Positions 33,307 to 42,988 of a DNA stretch of 64,000 bases are shown here, piece after piece. The notes under the pieces were generated by a model. The model was not told where the DNA came from. It was given only the letters and a program-made list of their open reading frames with translations, and did not search any database. Numbering within the stretch: the stretch's first letter is position 1; each line of letters begins with the position of its first letter. The position numbers and the translations under genes were made by a program. Origin of the DNA: Picochlorum sp. SENEW3 (taxonomy: Eukaryota). Location: NCBI GenBank assembly GCA_034226945.1, contig CP120454.1:1426001-1490000 (forward strand), read 5' to 3'.

Positions 33307-34923
33307 ATGTTGAAAATGGCAGTGTCTAAGAGGCCGCAGAGTGCTCCGTCTCATGATGCGAGGAACCGCGGGGTCTCGACGCAGCAGAGGCCAGGAAGAG
33401 GAGGCACGGTGCAATCGATACGAGATCATCAGTATAGCCCCAAGCTCGGGAGTCGTCCAAAGGATGATGGGTCAGAGGTGGATGCCATGAAGAAGAGAAA
33501 GAGTGGAATATTGTCATCCATGCGTGGGGTGGCTCCATTTTCTCATCAGGCAAAGAGGGAGCGGTTGTTTGATTGGAATGTTGGACATGAGGAGGCGGAT
33601 GCTGCCACGAATGCAACAGTGGCATTGTCTGATGACGATACTAATGCGCCTGCTGCATTGTCTCATGAGGATGATAATGCGCCTGCTACATTGTCTCATG
33701 ACGATACTAATGTGCCTGTTGAGACTCCAAAGGTGGTGCCTGCAATCAAACAGGAAAAGTACCCTGACAAGACAACAACAGGGAGGTTATTGTTTGGGAG
33801 CAGCACTGAGAAGGAGAAGAAGGAAGAATCGAATAAAGACGCACATCGTCCCCCTGTAGATGGCATGATGACGTTGACGACATTTCGGTCGAGGCGCACC
33901 ATGCGGCATAATCCTGAAGCACCGCCAGGCTTTTTCAACATTGGCAACAGTTGTTACCTGGGCGCAACCCTTCAGGTGTTGTTGAATGTGTGCGAGTTTG
34001 TGAATGAAATTAGTCGTTTGACTACATATATGCAGCAAAAACAGGTGCATGTTGGCGACTATGCGCTACTCCATGCGCTCTATACCATCATCCAGGAGAG
34101 AAAAACTCCTGCTCAGGGCACCCAGGATATCACCTCTGTGAAGAAGGCTCTAGAAGAGCATTTTCCCTCGGTATTCGCCGGATCTCATCAGCAGGACGCA
34201 CATGAATGTTTTGTACGAATATTAGAAGCTATAGAGACGGAAAGCAAGCGCGCAAGTGAGAGCGGCGCGCCAGTATACGAATGCCCATTTTCATTCTCTG
34301 TCATGGTGAGCATGGTGTGTACCAAGTGTAGACATAAGACTCGCATCGAGGAAGCAGGCAACGTCAACATTGGACTAGACCTCGGGGAAGATACAGACCA
34401 GCCCATTCCCATAGAAACCCTGATCTCAAAATTCTTCATGAATGAGAGAATAAGCAAGAATTGCGATGCATGCAAGGCCAAGGATGTCATTCATGCTGTC
34501 CGCAGGAGAATCAAGACATTCCCAAAAGCTCTCGTTCTGCACCTAAAAAGATTCGTGTGCAGCAATCATACCGTCATGAACAGAATGGTCTTTTCAAAAT
34601 CAAAAGTCCCAGTGCAGCCACGACGAGAGATTCCTACCAGCGTGCTCCCAACATCAGGTGCCATGAAGAAGATGCATGCTCCTTCTCCCACCATGTTGCT
34701 CAGTGGCATCATCCACCACCATGGGCCATTCATGGAATCAGGACATTACGTTGCTGATATCATCAGGAACAGAAAGAATCGAGAAGAATTCTATAGGTGC
34801 AATGATGCCTCTGTAGAAGACGTCAGCCCACATGATGATGATGTGGATCTCTACTTGGGTCGAGGTTGCCATGATTGCTACATGCTTGTTTACAAAATAC
34901 CAAGTGACACCACAGTGGTATGA
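33307..34923 (+). CDS. Ubiquitin-specific protease (peptidase C19)
   Basis: Cys box GFFNIGNSCYLGATLQ, QQDAHE, LVLHLKRF, His box HHGPFMESGHY and YRCNDASV. It probably extends upstream through an in-frame intron at ~33225-33292 (AAAG|gtgcgg...tgcag|AT) to exon(s) at ~32939-33224. Confidence 0.9.
   Translation: MLKMAVSKRPQSAPSHDARNRGVSTQQRPGRGGTVQSIRDHQYSPKLGSRPKDDGSEVDAMKKRKSGILSSMRGVAPFSHQAKRERLFDWNVGHEEADAATNATVALSDDDTNAPAALSHEDDNAPATLSHDDTNVPVETPKVVPAIKQEKYPDKTTTGRLLFGSSTEKEKKEESNKDAHRPPVDGMMTLTTFRSRRTMRHNPEAPPGFFNIGNSCYLGATLQVLLNVCEFVNEISRLTTYMQQKQVHVGDYALLHALYTIIQERKTPAQGTQDITSVKKALEEHFPSVFAGSHQQDAHECFVRILEAIETESKRASESGAPVYECPFSFSVMVSMVCTKCRHKTRIEEAGNVNIGLDLGEDTDQPIPIETLISKFFMNERISKNCDACKAKDVIHAVRRRIKTFPKALVLHLKRFVCSNHTVMNRMVFSKSKVPVQPRREIPTSVLPTSGAMKKMHAPSPTMLLSGIIHHHGPFMESGHYVADIIRNRKNREEFYRCNDASVEDVSPHDDDVDLYLGRGCHDCYMLVYKIPSDTTVV
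33622..33720 (+). repeat. 3 x 33-bp coding tandem repeat (ALSDDDTNAPA / ALSHEDDNAPA / TLSHDDTNVPV)
   Basis: Three near-identical 33-mers, read directly from the sequence. Confidence 0.9.
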
Positions 34924-35066
34924 ATACATTATTACATGTAAAAATACTACTACCAATGCGGTCGAATAGGCGTGAGTAGTATTCGTTTTTTTTTCACCTG
35001 TTTCTTCTTGTGAATGGAATCACCCGATTGACTTGGAGTGTCTGTTTACCTGTACACTGACCTAGA

Positions 35067-35984
35067 ATGATAGTACGTATGAATAGATGGATAATGATGC
35101 TGCTGTTGATCCTCTTTGGAGGTTGTTTGGTCGCTGGACAGTCGTCAATCGAATTTAGAACTATTCCATTGACAGACGACGATGCATCCACGAATGTCAT
35201 TGAATTGACAGATTTAAATTTTGATGCAATGGTGAACGGATCATCAGATTGGATGATCAATTTGCACTCGGAATGGTACGTCTTCCAAACCTCTGTGGAA
35301 ATGGAATCTCCCTTGGGGGGATATGGTTGAGGTTTGGATCTGCTCCGCTTTGTTGTTGGATGCGTAGTGAAGAAAGTGCGTTTGCCGGGCTGATACCATC
35401 ATGCTGTTGTAGGTGTCCAGCATGCCAGGAGATGAAGCCGGTGTGGAGTCGGTTGGGTTTGAAATCCCAGGGGCATGGGTATCGTGTGGGAAAGGTGAGT
35501 ATCTATGATGAGATGGTAGTAGTATTACTAGCCATTACATGTGGAGTCGGTGCACGAGAGCCGTACTAGTCTATCAATCATGACCATGATGTTGTAGGTG
35601 GATGTGACTGCTGAAAAAGTGCTCCTGTATCGGTTCCAAGTGACAAAACTTCCGACAGTGATGTTCATCTCAAAAGACTATGGGACCATGTACGAGTACC
35701 AGGGGGCGAGGACGGTGAACACCATGCATCACTTTGCCATCAAGGGATGGAGGAGGGCCACACCATTATCAGGCTGTAGTTCTCCAGTGTCGCGGTGTGG
35801 AAGATTGATGGGGGCTTTGCTGACGGGACCCAAGAGAATACAGAACGCATTCGTCTCTACCCGGAAAGATTTCAAGTACGGAGATGTGACGCTGATTGCA
35901 CTGATTGTGGGGGTTCCAGTCTGTATCGGAATTTGTAGCATTTTCCTGCTCGATGTATGGGTGACCAAGCGTAAACTACACTAA
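35067..35984 (+). CDS. Thioredoxin-related transmembrane protein (TMX1-like, WCPAC)
   Basis: Signal peptide and VIELTDLNFD. Splicing introns 35276-35412 and 35495-35597 gives SEWCPAC...VGKVDVT...RFQVTKLPT...YQGART. C-terminal TM and KRKLH. Confidence 0.85.
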
Positions 35985-36031
35985 TGTGATATCTTTCATT
36001 ATTATTTTAATTATTGTTGTATCATGATGTG

Positions 36032-37300
36032 ATGCGTGATATTGTTGCACTGAGCAATCGCATGCGTCATGGCATGCTGCCATGGACCCAGGGTGGATCT
36101 CGCTCTATCTCGGGATACCTATCAGGAAGCGATACTGAACATGATACATTTACAGTACTTCATCAATCGACGAAGAGTAACGCAAGGGTGGGGGTTCTGA
36201 AGACGGCGCATGGCAATGTCCTGACACCAAGCTTTGTACCGGTGGCAACGAATGCTGCTCTGAAAGCGATAGATTTTCACATGGCTGACACCGAGGGACT
36301 CCTTGATTTGGTATTTTGTAATACATACCATCTCATGCTTCACCCAGGGGCCGATGTTATTGCCGAGGCAGGGGGGTTGCATGCATTTACTGGGAGGAGA
36401 GACAAGCCATTCATTACCGATTCGGGAGGATTTCAGGTGTTTTCTCTCGCATATGGTTCTGTCCACGATGAGATTTCTTCAGGAGGAGGGAGTATTAAGA
36501 GAAAGGGAAGCATGTCATCCACCCGTGAGGGGAACAAGGTTGTTTCTATATCCGAGCAAGGGGTGACATTCAAATCCTATCGTGATGGTACAGTGATGCT
36601 CTTGACGCCCGAGACGTCTGTGGCAGCGCAGAAGAAGATTGGTGCAGATATCATCCTTCCATTGGATGAACTTCCTCCGTATCACGTAGAATCGGACAAT
36701 ATCCTGCGAGAAAGCACGCAACGAAGCCATCGCTGGGAGGACAGGTCTCTCCAAGAGCATGCAAAGAATCCACAGGGGCAGGCCATGTGGGGTATCATAC
36801 ATGGTGGGTCTAACCTCGACCTTCGGTCAGAGAGTGTCAGGTTTGTTGCATCGAGACCATTTGATGGGTATGCAATAGGAGGATCTCTTGGATCCAATCC
36901 ATCAGAGCTCTACACCATTATCAATCATGTGATGCAAATATTGCCAAGGGACAAGTCCTGTCACGTTCTCGGCATTGCAGATCCAAAAAATGTCAAGGCC
37001 CTAGCACAACTCGGATGCGACACATTCGATTCATGTTACAGCACAAGATGTGCCAGACACGGCTCCATGATGACAGACACTGGCATGATCAAGGTGAGAT
37101 CTGGAAAATACACCTCAGCCCACCACCCCCTGGAGGGATGCAACTGCTACACATGCACTCGGTACTCGCTGTCCTATCTGCATCATCTCGTCAAGGCAAA
37201 CGAACCTATTGCACAGACACTACTCTCGTTACACAATATTTCATATATGCGCAAACTGATGGACACTATGAGGGATGACATTCTTCAAAACAAACTGTAA
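36032..37300 (+). CDS. tgt: Queuine tRNA-ribosyltransferase (TGT), Chlamydia-like clade, with organellar presequence
   Basis: Motifs ARVG...TPSFVPVAT, CNTYHL, TDSGGFQVFSL, HVLGI and DTFDS. Zinc site CNCYTC...HN. Confidence 0.93.
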   Translation: MRDIVALSNRMRHGMLPWTQGGSRSISGYLSGSDTEHDTFTVLHQSTKSNARVGVLKTAHGNVLTPSFVPVATNAALKAIDFHMADTEGLLDLVFCNTYHLMLHPGADVIAEAGGLHAFTGRRDKPFITDSGGFQVFSLAYGSVHDEISSGGGSIKRKGSMSSTREGNKVVSISEQGVTFKSYRDGTVMLLTPETSVAAQKKIGADIILPLDELPPYHVESDNILRESTQRSHRWEDRSLQEHAKNPQGQAMWGIIHGGSNLDLRSESVRFVASRPFDGYAIGGSLGSNPSELYTIINHVMQILPRDKSCHVLGIADPKNVKALAQLGCDTFDSCYSTRCARHGSMMTDTGMIKVRSGKYTSAHHPLEGCNCYTCTRYSLSYLHHLVKANEPIAQTLLSLHNISYMRKLMDTMRDDILQNKL

Positions 37301-37314
37301 AAAAAACATACATC

Positions 37315-37935
37315 CTATTCATTCATTAAACGAGCTACAAGGTCAGCTTTCCTCCCAGACACCGGCAACCCACGCTCTTTGCACATCTGTTTCAATTCAG
37401 CAACTTTGAGGCCATTCAGAGTCGACTCGCGTGTTCCTGACTGGAGAGTCTCAGACGTGGGTGTTTCTGGTTCCGACAAAACCGTAGACGAAACAGCCTC
37501 AGTAAACGCATTTATATTCTTCACATCACTCTTTGTGTTTCCTTCTATCACAGTAAGGCTCAGAGCCTCAGGATCCTCGAATGAAGTGCTGCGAATGTGA
37601 ATTACCTCTGCCTGGGCGGGAACATCCAAGCATACGTTATCACCAGGCTGCCAAGAGACTACTTCTCCATCCCCCAAAACAATAAATTTGAATTCAACTG
37701 CACGAGGGACCTCTGCCTCCCCCTGCCAGAGATCGTCTTCGTTCCATGACAATGAGTGAGCGTGCAAGGGATCCCATGTCCCTAATTCCTCTGAAGACCC
37801 AACGACTGCCATTGTGTGACCATAATTCAGCTTTTGTTTGATTTCAAAACGTGCTCTGACTTTGCCAGTCGTTGCCTCCTTGCCAGACGCAAAGCACATT
37901 GGTTTGGAATGGCAACGGATCAGTCTCATTGTCAT
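37315..37935 (-). CDS. CBM20 starch-binding domain plus C-terminal SAP domain protein
   Basis: CBM20: VVGSSEELGTWDP...LSWNEDDLW...VEFKF...WQPGDN. SAP: LNGLKVAELKQMCKERGLPVSGRKADLVARL. Short R/S-rich N-terminus. Confidence 0.85.
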   Translation of the reverse strand: MTMRLIRCHSKPMCFASGKEATTGKVRARFEIKQKLNYGHTMAVVGSSEELGTWDPLHAHSLSWNEDDLWQGEAEVPRAVEFKFIVLGDGEVVSWQPGDNVCLDVPAQAEVIHIRSTSFEDPEALSLTVIEGNTKSDVKNINAFTEAVSSTVLSEPETPTSETLQSGTRESTLNGLKVAELKQMCKERGLPVSGRKADLVARLMNE

Positions 37936-37975
37936 TCTTCGATTACAATTTTTTATACATAATACTAGTCCATCA

Positions 37976-39207
37976 TCATGCAAGACTTTTGTGCTTGGAT
38001 GATGCAAAACTGGCAGCTCGTCTCATGGTGGCCCCGATCAATGATGTGGAATTCAATTCATACTTGGTCTCTAGGGATACAAGCACCAGACCAGCGACGA
38101 CGCCAACGGCCCCTGCATCCCACCACGACAGGCTTTCTCTCAGGATGAGGAATGCCAATAAACTCCCTAGGAATGGTTGGAGGCATTGGAATGCGGCTAC
38201 TTGAGATGCTGGTAGGTGGCGCATGGCCCAGGTGACAACAAAGTATCCACCCACAGAGCATATGAATATCCAATACAGGAGGGGGAACACGAGCGCCTTG
38301 GGAAAGTGCCAGTCTGCATGCGAGGTGAAGAGTAACGCTGCGATTCCCATCAAGGACGCTGCCACGACGTAGGCCCACGCGGCAACCTGGATGGGAGAAT
38401 ACTTGGCCACCATCGTCTTTGCCAAAATGTAGTAACAGGCCATGGCAAAGGTGTTGGTCAGAAGGCAGAAATTCCCCAGGTACATGTTGCTCGTTGCCTC
38501 CCTCGCCGTGTCTGCAGTCACGCCGTGTCCAGCGGAAGGCACGCCGCCGAGCACCATACAGACTGCCCCCATCACTGCCAATGAAATGCCAAATAGCTTT
38601 TGTGGATGGGCCGTCTCCATTTTCAGCACAATGCCCATCAACACCGTAAACACAGGTATCGCCGGCTGCATACACGATGCCACCACGACACCAGATAATT
38701 CTATACCTATGATGTACAATAACTGCGACGCGAACAGGCAGAAACCTAGCAATGCCACCTTGGTGGCATCCACCCGAGCTGGGAGGGAATACCCAGACAC
38801 ATAGACAGATATCCCGAACAGAATTGGAGCTGCGCTCGCCTCTCTCGCAAATGCGTATACTATAGGGTGAAATACCTCTCCTTTGGAATCATTCACGTGC
38901 TCTAAACTACCCTTCAAGTACACTGAACCGACAACCATGGCTGCCTGAGTCAACGCGACCGCTACCTGAAACGTCCATGTCCGCAGACCTGAATTTGGAC
39001 ATATCATATCAATTCATACCCACATGATCAAGATCAACACACAAGATATCACGTACCAGGAGTACTAGGAACAACGGCACTGGACGTGGTCCGCGCGATT
39101 CCATCCAAAAACTCTGGATCTTTTGCTGCCACTGATCCGGATGCTATTCGCAATTTCCCTGGGGTCTGATTCCTAGCGACACTTGTTGACGCAGCGGATG
39201 GCTTCAT
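37976..39207 (-). CDS. EamA/DMT-family (WAT1/UMAMIT-like) transporter
   Basis: About 10 TM helices, with ASCMQPAIPVFT and VAAFQCLQPFLG. Exon 1 at 39207-39057 and a 68-nt intron at 39056-38989 splice in frame. Confidence 0.88.
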
Positions 39208-39355
39208 TCTATCCGTCGTACAATCCTACAGACGAACAACAACAATGACATATACGGCGTTCACGATATCATGATCGACTAGTCCTACTACTTCTACTAT
39301 ATCATATAATTCATTTTATAGATGCATCTGGAAGCTACGGAGGAGGCATACAAGG

Positions 39356-40054
39356 CTAGGATGCCTTTCGCTTCGAAGAGGAGAATGAGGAGGGTGCATT
39401 GGGCCACCAGAATGAGTTGGTATCATTGTGGATTGGCACACCACACCAGGCGTAGAGTGCTTCACAGACTGCGTCTAATACCCCTCTTGAATGGAGTGTG
39501 GATGTCAGAGTCCACCAAATGAGGGCAAAGCCAATCCCCAAGAGGTATCCTGCCACCACCTGTATAACAGAGTGGTACCCAAGGTACACTCGAGCCCACG
39601 ATATAATCAATGATGCCACCCCCAGGATGAGTATTTCAATAGCAAACATGGTTGATGTCACCAGTCTCTCCGCGAATCCATCCTGGCTTCCCCTACAAGC
39701 AACCACCCTTTTCTTTGCACGGTATGAAAAAAAGGTCATGGCGAAGCAGAATGCCATAAACTGAGCGTGATTCGAAGGCATGCCGTACTCGTGGCAGTTT
39801 CCAAGACTCTCGCATCCATAGTCTGGGCGTGGCTGTCTAATAATCTCCTTGAGGCCCTTTGACACAACTGTATTCAGCCCGTACCCAAGGCATAAAAGCA
39901 CGTCATTGATATCTCTCGATGCATATAATACGAGAATGCGATATAATGACATGACATAAGGTATTTTACACATCAGAGATAAGAAAACGGCAATCTGGTC
40001 CCCGACAGGGTACGCAATGCTCGCAATGCAATGCGTTTCAAATTGCACTGGCAT
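39356..40054 (-). CDS. DOLPP1: Dolichyl-diphosphate phosphatase / PAP2 lipid phosphatase
   Basis: PAP2 motifs KEIIRQPRP, YGMPSNHAQFM and ARVYLGYHSVIQV. N-terminal YPVGD. Confidence 0.85.
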   Translation of the reverse strand: MPVQFETHCIASIAYPVGDQIAVFLSLMCKIPYVMSLYRILVLYASRDINDVLLCLGYGLNTVVSKGLKEIIRQPRPDYGCESLGNCHEYGMPSNHAQFMAFCFAMTFFSYRAKKRVVACRGSQDGFAERLVTSTMFAIEILILGVASLIISWARVYLGYHSVIQVVAGYLLGIGFALIWWTLTSTLHSRGVLDAVCEALYAWCGVPIHNDTNSFWWPNAPSSFSSSKRKAS

Positions 40055-40061
40055 GATGTTA

Positions 40062-41273
40062 TTACAATTCGTGAATTGATTTCACTTCTGATAAAATCTT
40101 TGAAACGCCATCTCGAGGCTCATCTCTGAGCCAATCACGATGCACCGAGTCGATGGGATCGTTGCCCACGATGGCTGAGAAACTACTTGTGACGCTCTCT
40201 CCCAATGCCTCGAGGTGATATCCTCCCTCCAGGACAAAGAGGCATCTTCCTGCACAGAGATCTTTAGCGGCATCCATGATATTCTGGGTGAGATGGAAGT
40301 ATGTGGTACCGCTATATTGAAGACCTCCAAGTGGATCCAAGACATGGGCGTCATAGCCAGCTGAAACAATGATAAACTCTGGCTCAAAAGCCTTGAGTTT
40401 GGGGATGATGATATCCTCAAAGGCTTGGAGCGCTGCCATATGACCCGAGTCTCCCGGCAAAGGGATATTGAGTGTGGTGCCAACCCCATCCCCAAGGCCT
40501 ACCTCTTGAACTTTTCCAGTACCTGGAAAACTCCCTTCTTGGTGTATGGACATGAAGAGAACACTGGGATCCGAGTAGAAGAGATCCTGCGTCCCATTCC
40601 CGTGATGGACATCGAAATCTAGTATCGCAATCTTCTTCAGATTATATGCCGACTGTACATACTTGGCTGCAATGGCTGCATTGTTCAGAATGCAGAAACC
40701 CATGGGTCGATTGTGTGTGCAATGATGTCCTGGAGGCCGGCTGAGAGCAAACCCCGCAGGAAATGACGGTTCTATGGTTTTCTGCGGATCCTCATCTTTT
40801 CCATGAGATTCCATCATGGCATCCACAGCCGCTTTGACCGCCCCAGCCCCTTGCATGGCATCAACATAACTACTCCTTGTAATGTAGGTCGACTCATCCA
40901 CCATCAGGCCAGACACATCAATAGCACTCTTTGTCTTTTCCTCAAGGGCAGCTAGATACCTTGGATCATGGATGGCACAGACATCCTCAAGCGTCGCAGG
41001 TTCCACGCCAGTCAACTCTCGGACCTGCCCGTGCCTAGCAAGACCGCTCGCTTCGAGGGCACGCTCGATAGACCCCAAGCGTTCATATGTTTCCGGATGA
41101 CCTGGCCAATCATGGACGGGAGAACTAGATTTGACGTATACAAGAGCACAGTCTGTCCCTGAATCACCGGTATGGGGCATGGCATTGGCCTTGACATGCC
41201 CATGCGTTCCTCCAACACACGCTATTGTTGGACAAGCAATGAACGGAGTCATTCTGACCATTTTTGTATACAT
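40062..41273 (-). CDS. Class II histone/lysine deacetylase, HDA14-like (probably plastid)
   Basis: Motifs HPETYERL, RPPGHH, GFCILNN, DFDVHHGNGTQ, SAGYDAHVLDPL and LEGGY. N-terminal extension. Confidence 0.88.
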   Translation of the reverse strand: MYTKMVRMTPFIACPTIACVGGTHGHVKANAMPHTGDSGTDCALVYVKSSSPVHDWPGHPETYERLGSIERALEASGLARHGQVRELTGVEPATLEDVCAIHDPRYLAALEEKTKSAIDVSGLMVDESTYITRSSYVDAMQGAGAVKAAVDAMMESHGKDEDPQKTIEPSFPAGFALSRPPGHHCTHNRPMGFCILNNAAIAAKYVQSAYNLKKIAILDFDVHHGNGTQDLFYSDPSVLFMSIHQEGSFPGTGKVQEVGLGDGVGTTLNIPLPGDSGHMAALQAFEDIIIPKLKAFEPEFIIVSAGYDAHVLDPLGGLQYSGTTYFHLTQNIMDAAKDLCAGRCLFVLEGGYHLEALGESVTSSFSAIVGNDPIDSVHRDWLRDEPRDGVSKILSEVKSIHEL

Positions 41274-41529
41274 TGTATCTCAAATATACAATGTATGCCA
41301 TAAACAATGGCAAGAATATGTCTTGGTGGTGAATTCAATTGTCATCAATATGGTTTCAACCAACCATATTTTATTTCTATTTTTAAAGACTACTTTTTGG
41401 TTCAGAATGGCCATTATCATCGTGATGGAATGTATATTTTGAATCTTGATTCAGATTCAAATAATATCGATATTGCAAGTTACATGAGCATGTGCATTGG
41501 AATATAGCTTTGGGTGTCGAAGAAATTCC

Positions 41530-42081
41530 ATGGACCAAGACAGCAGAAAGCTCTTTGGTGGGGCTATCGAGGCCACTATTCCAAGTAGATTTATAGATGT
41601 ATCAGATTTCAGGCCTGTCCCTGACCACCAAGAGGTTTTCAGCGACGAGGCTGCGGGTCAGTCGATCATTATCGAAATTGTAGAGTACTCCAAGACTGGG
41701 GAGGAGTGCCCGGCCCGGTTTTATTTCAACGACTTGGCAGCGATGAATGGCGCAATAGAGTGGGAAGAGACATCGGAATCCGAAGAATTGGCTGTGTCGG
41801 ATTCGGTTCCAAGGCTTGGAGGCAGTGGCCTGGTGCCTGCTGCGACACGGGTATTTTGTGTCAAGGGAGCCATGCTGGTGGATAGGAAGCGCAGTCAGCA
41901 TGCCGAGGGGCATCAACATAGGGTTCAGGTTGTTCTCGGGGTCATTCGATTGCCAGACAAGGATACAGATGTCCTACTGTCATTGAACACTCCAAGTGAA
42001 GAGCCGGCAGAGAGGGGCTACAGCCTGTTTCTCGAGATTCTTGCCTCGTTCCACATTGCCGATTGGAGTTTGTTCGGGTGA
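41530..42081 (+). CDS. MOG1: Mog1/RANGRF Ran guanine-nucleotide release factor
   Basis: LFGGAI...FIDVSDFRPVPDHQEVF, SIIIEIVE, RLPDKDTDVLLSLN and DWSLFG. Confidence 0.9.
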   Translation: MDQDSRKLFGGAIEATIPSRFIDVSDFRPVPDHQEVFSDEAAGQSIIIEIVEYSKTGEECPARFYFNDLAAMNGAIEWEETSESEELAVSDSVPRLGGSGLVPAATRVFCVKGAMLVDRKRSQHAEGHQHRVQVVLGVIRLPDKDTDVLLSLNTPSEEPAERGYSLFLEILASFHIADWSLFG

Positions 42082-42217
42082 CACATGTATATGATGATCG
42101 GTGTTACAACATCAATAAGGGTACCGACACGTGAGAAGAAGAAAAAGGTGCATTCCACATGAATGAAATACTCTTGAGATACGAGTTTCTCATCATCATC
42201 ATCATCATCATGGCAAT

Positions 42218-42819
42218 TTACAATCTTCCACGTGGTCCAGGCTGGGCCTCCTTCTGTGGTCCGATGGTGATTGGGAGGTTGGCATCCTTGGCTCCCTTGG
42301 CTCCCCAGATGAGGAGAGCAGCACCTCCTCCCAAGGCAACGAGGGCATTCAAGTACTCTCTGCGGGTGAGCCCACCAGCCGCACGCTCGAAGAATTCGCT
42401 CTGAAGTCCGTTATATCTCCTCTCGTCCTCCTGTCCATACATATCCCAGCTACCGACGGTGTTTTCCAAGTCGCTAAGATCAAAAAGGCGTCCCTCTTCG
42501 CCATATTTGGCCATCACGCGGGTCTCGCGACTACAAAAATAGATATCAGAAGAATACGGATTAGATCAGATCGGATCGTATATGATACGAGGGCGACACA
42601 AACACATTGGAAGGGTTGGGTCCATCGGTCACGGCTGGTGACTGGCTGCTCTATCCGCCATGATATGTCCCCCAAACCTTACACTATGGAGTGATGTTAC
42701 TATTACTACATGTAAGTATCATAGGTGACGTACACAGCCTTGGTGGCCTTGTTCTGGGAGACGATAGCCTTGGTTCCACGCACAAAGGTGCAGGTCTTGG
42801 TCGCGGCAAGAGCACTCAT
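42218..42819 (-). CDS. PSAH: Photosystem I subunit H (PSI-H)
   Basis: Mature region KYGEEGRLFDLSDLENTVGSWDMYG...YNGLQSEFFE...LPITIGPQ...GPRGRL. Transit-peptide exon at 42819-42734 and a 203-nt intron at 42733-42531 splice in frame. Confidence 0.95.
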
Positions 42820-42988
42820 TGTAATAATGATCTATGTTATACTGTTTTGAATTATATACTTTGGATACGGAGTGATTGACACGTATCTCTGTCGCTCTGA
42901 CGGATCGATCTCATAGGATAACATTGGATTCGCTCGACTCTTCCCATCATGGGCAGTGGTTGACAGGAGATGATGAATTCTTGTCCCT

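Noticed and set aside
3756..37300. Three tRNA-modification genes (MnmE, TRM10, TGT) as a system
   Set aside because: They are not adjacent, and they act on different compartments and substrates.
37936..38007. ORF-track overlap between EamA and CBM20-SAP
   Set aside because: It disappears if the Met at 37935 or 37929 is the start. The upstream extension is not protein-like and contains the EamA TGTAA signal.
42531..42733. Long PSAH intron containing ATACTTACATG (like the U1 5' end) or a snoRNA
   Set aside because: There is a mismatch in the invariant U1 sequence and no U1 stems or Sm site. No coherent C/D or H/ACA set was found.
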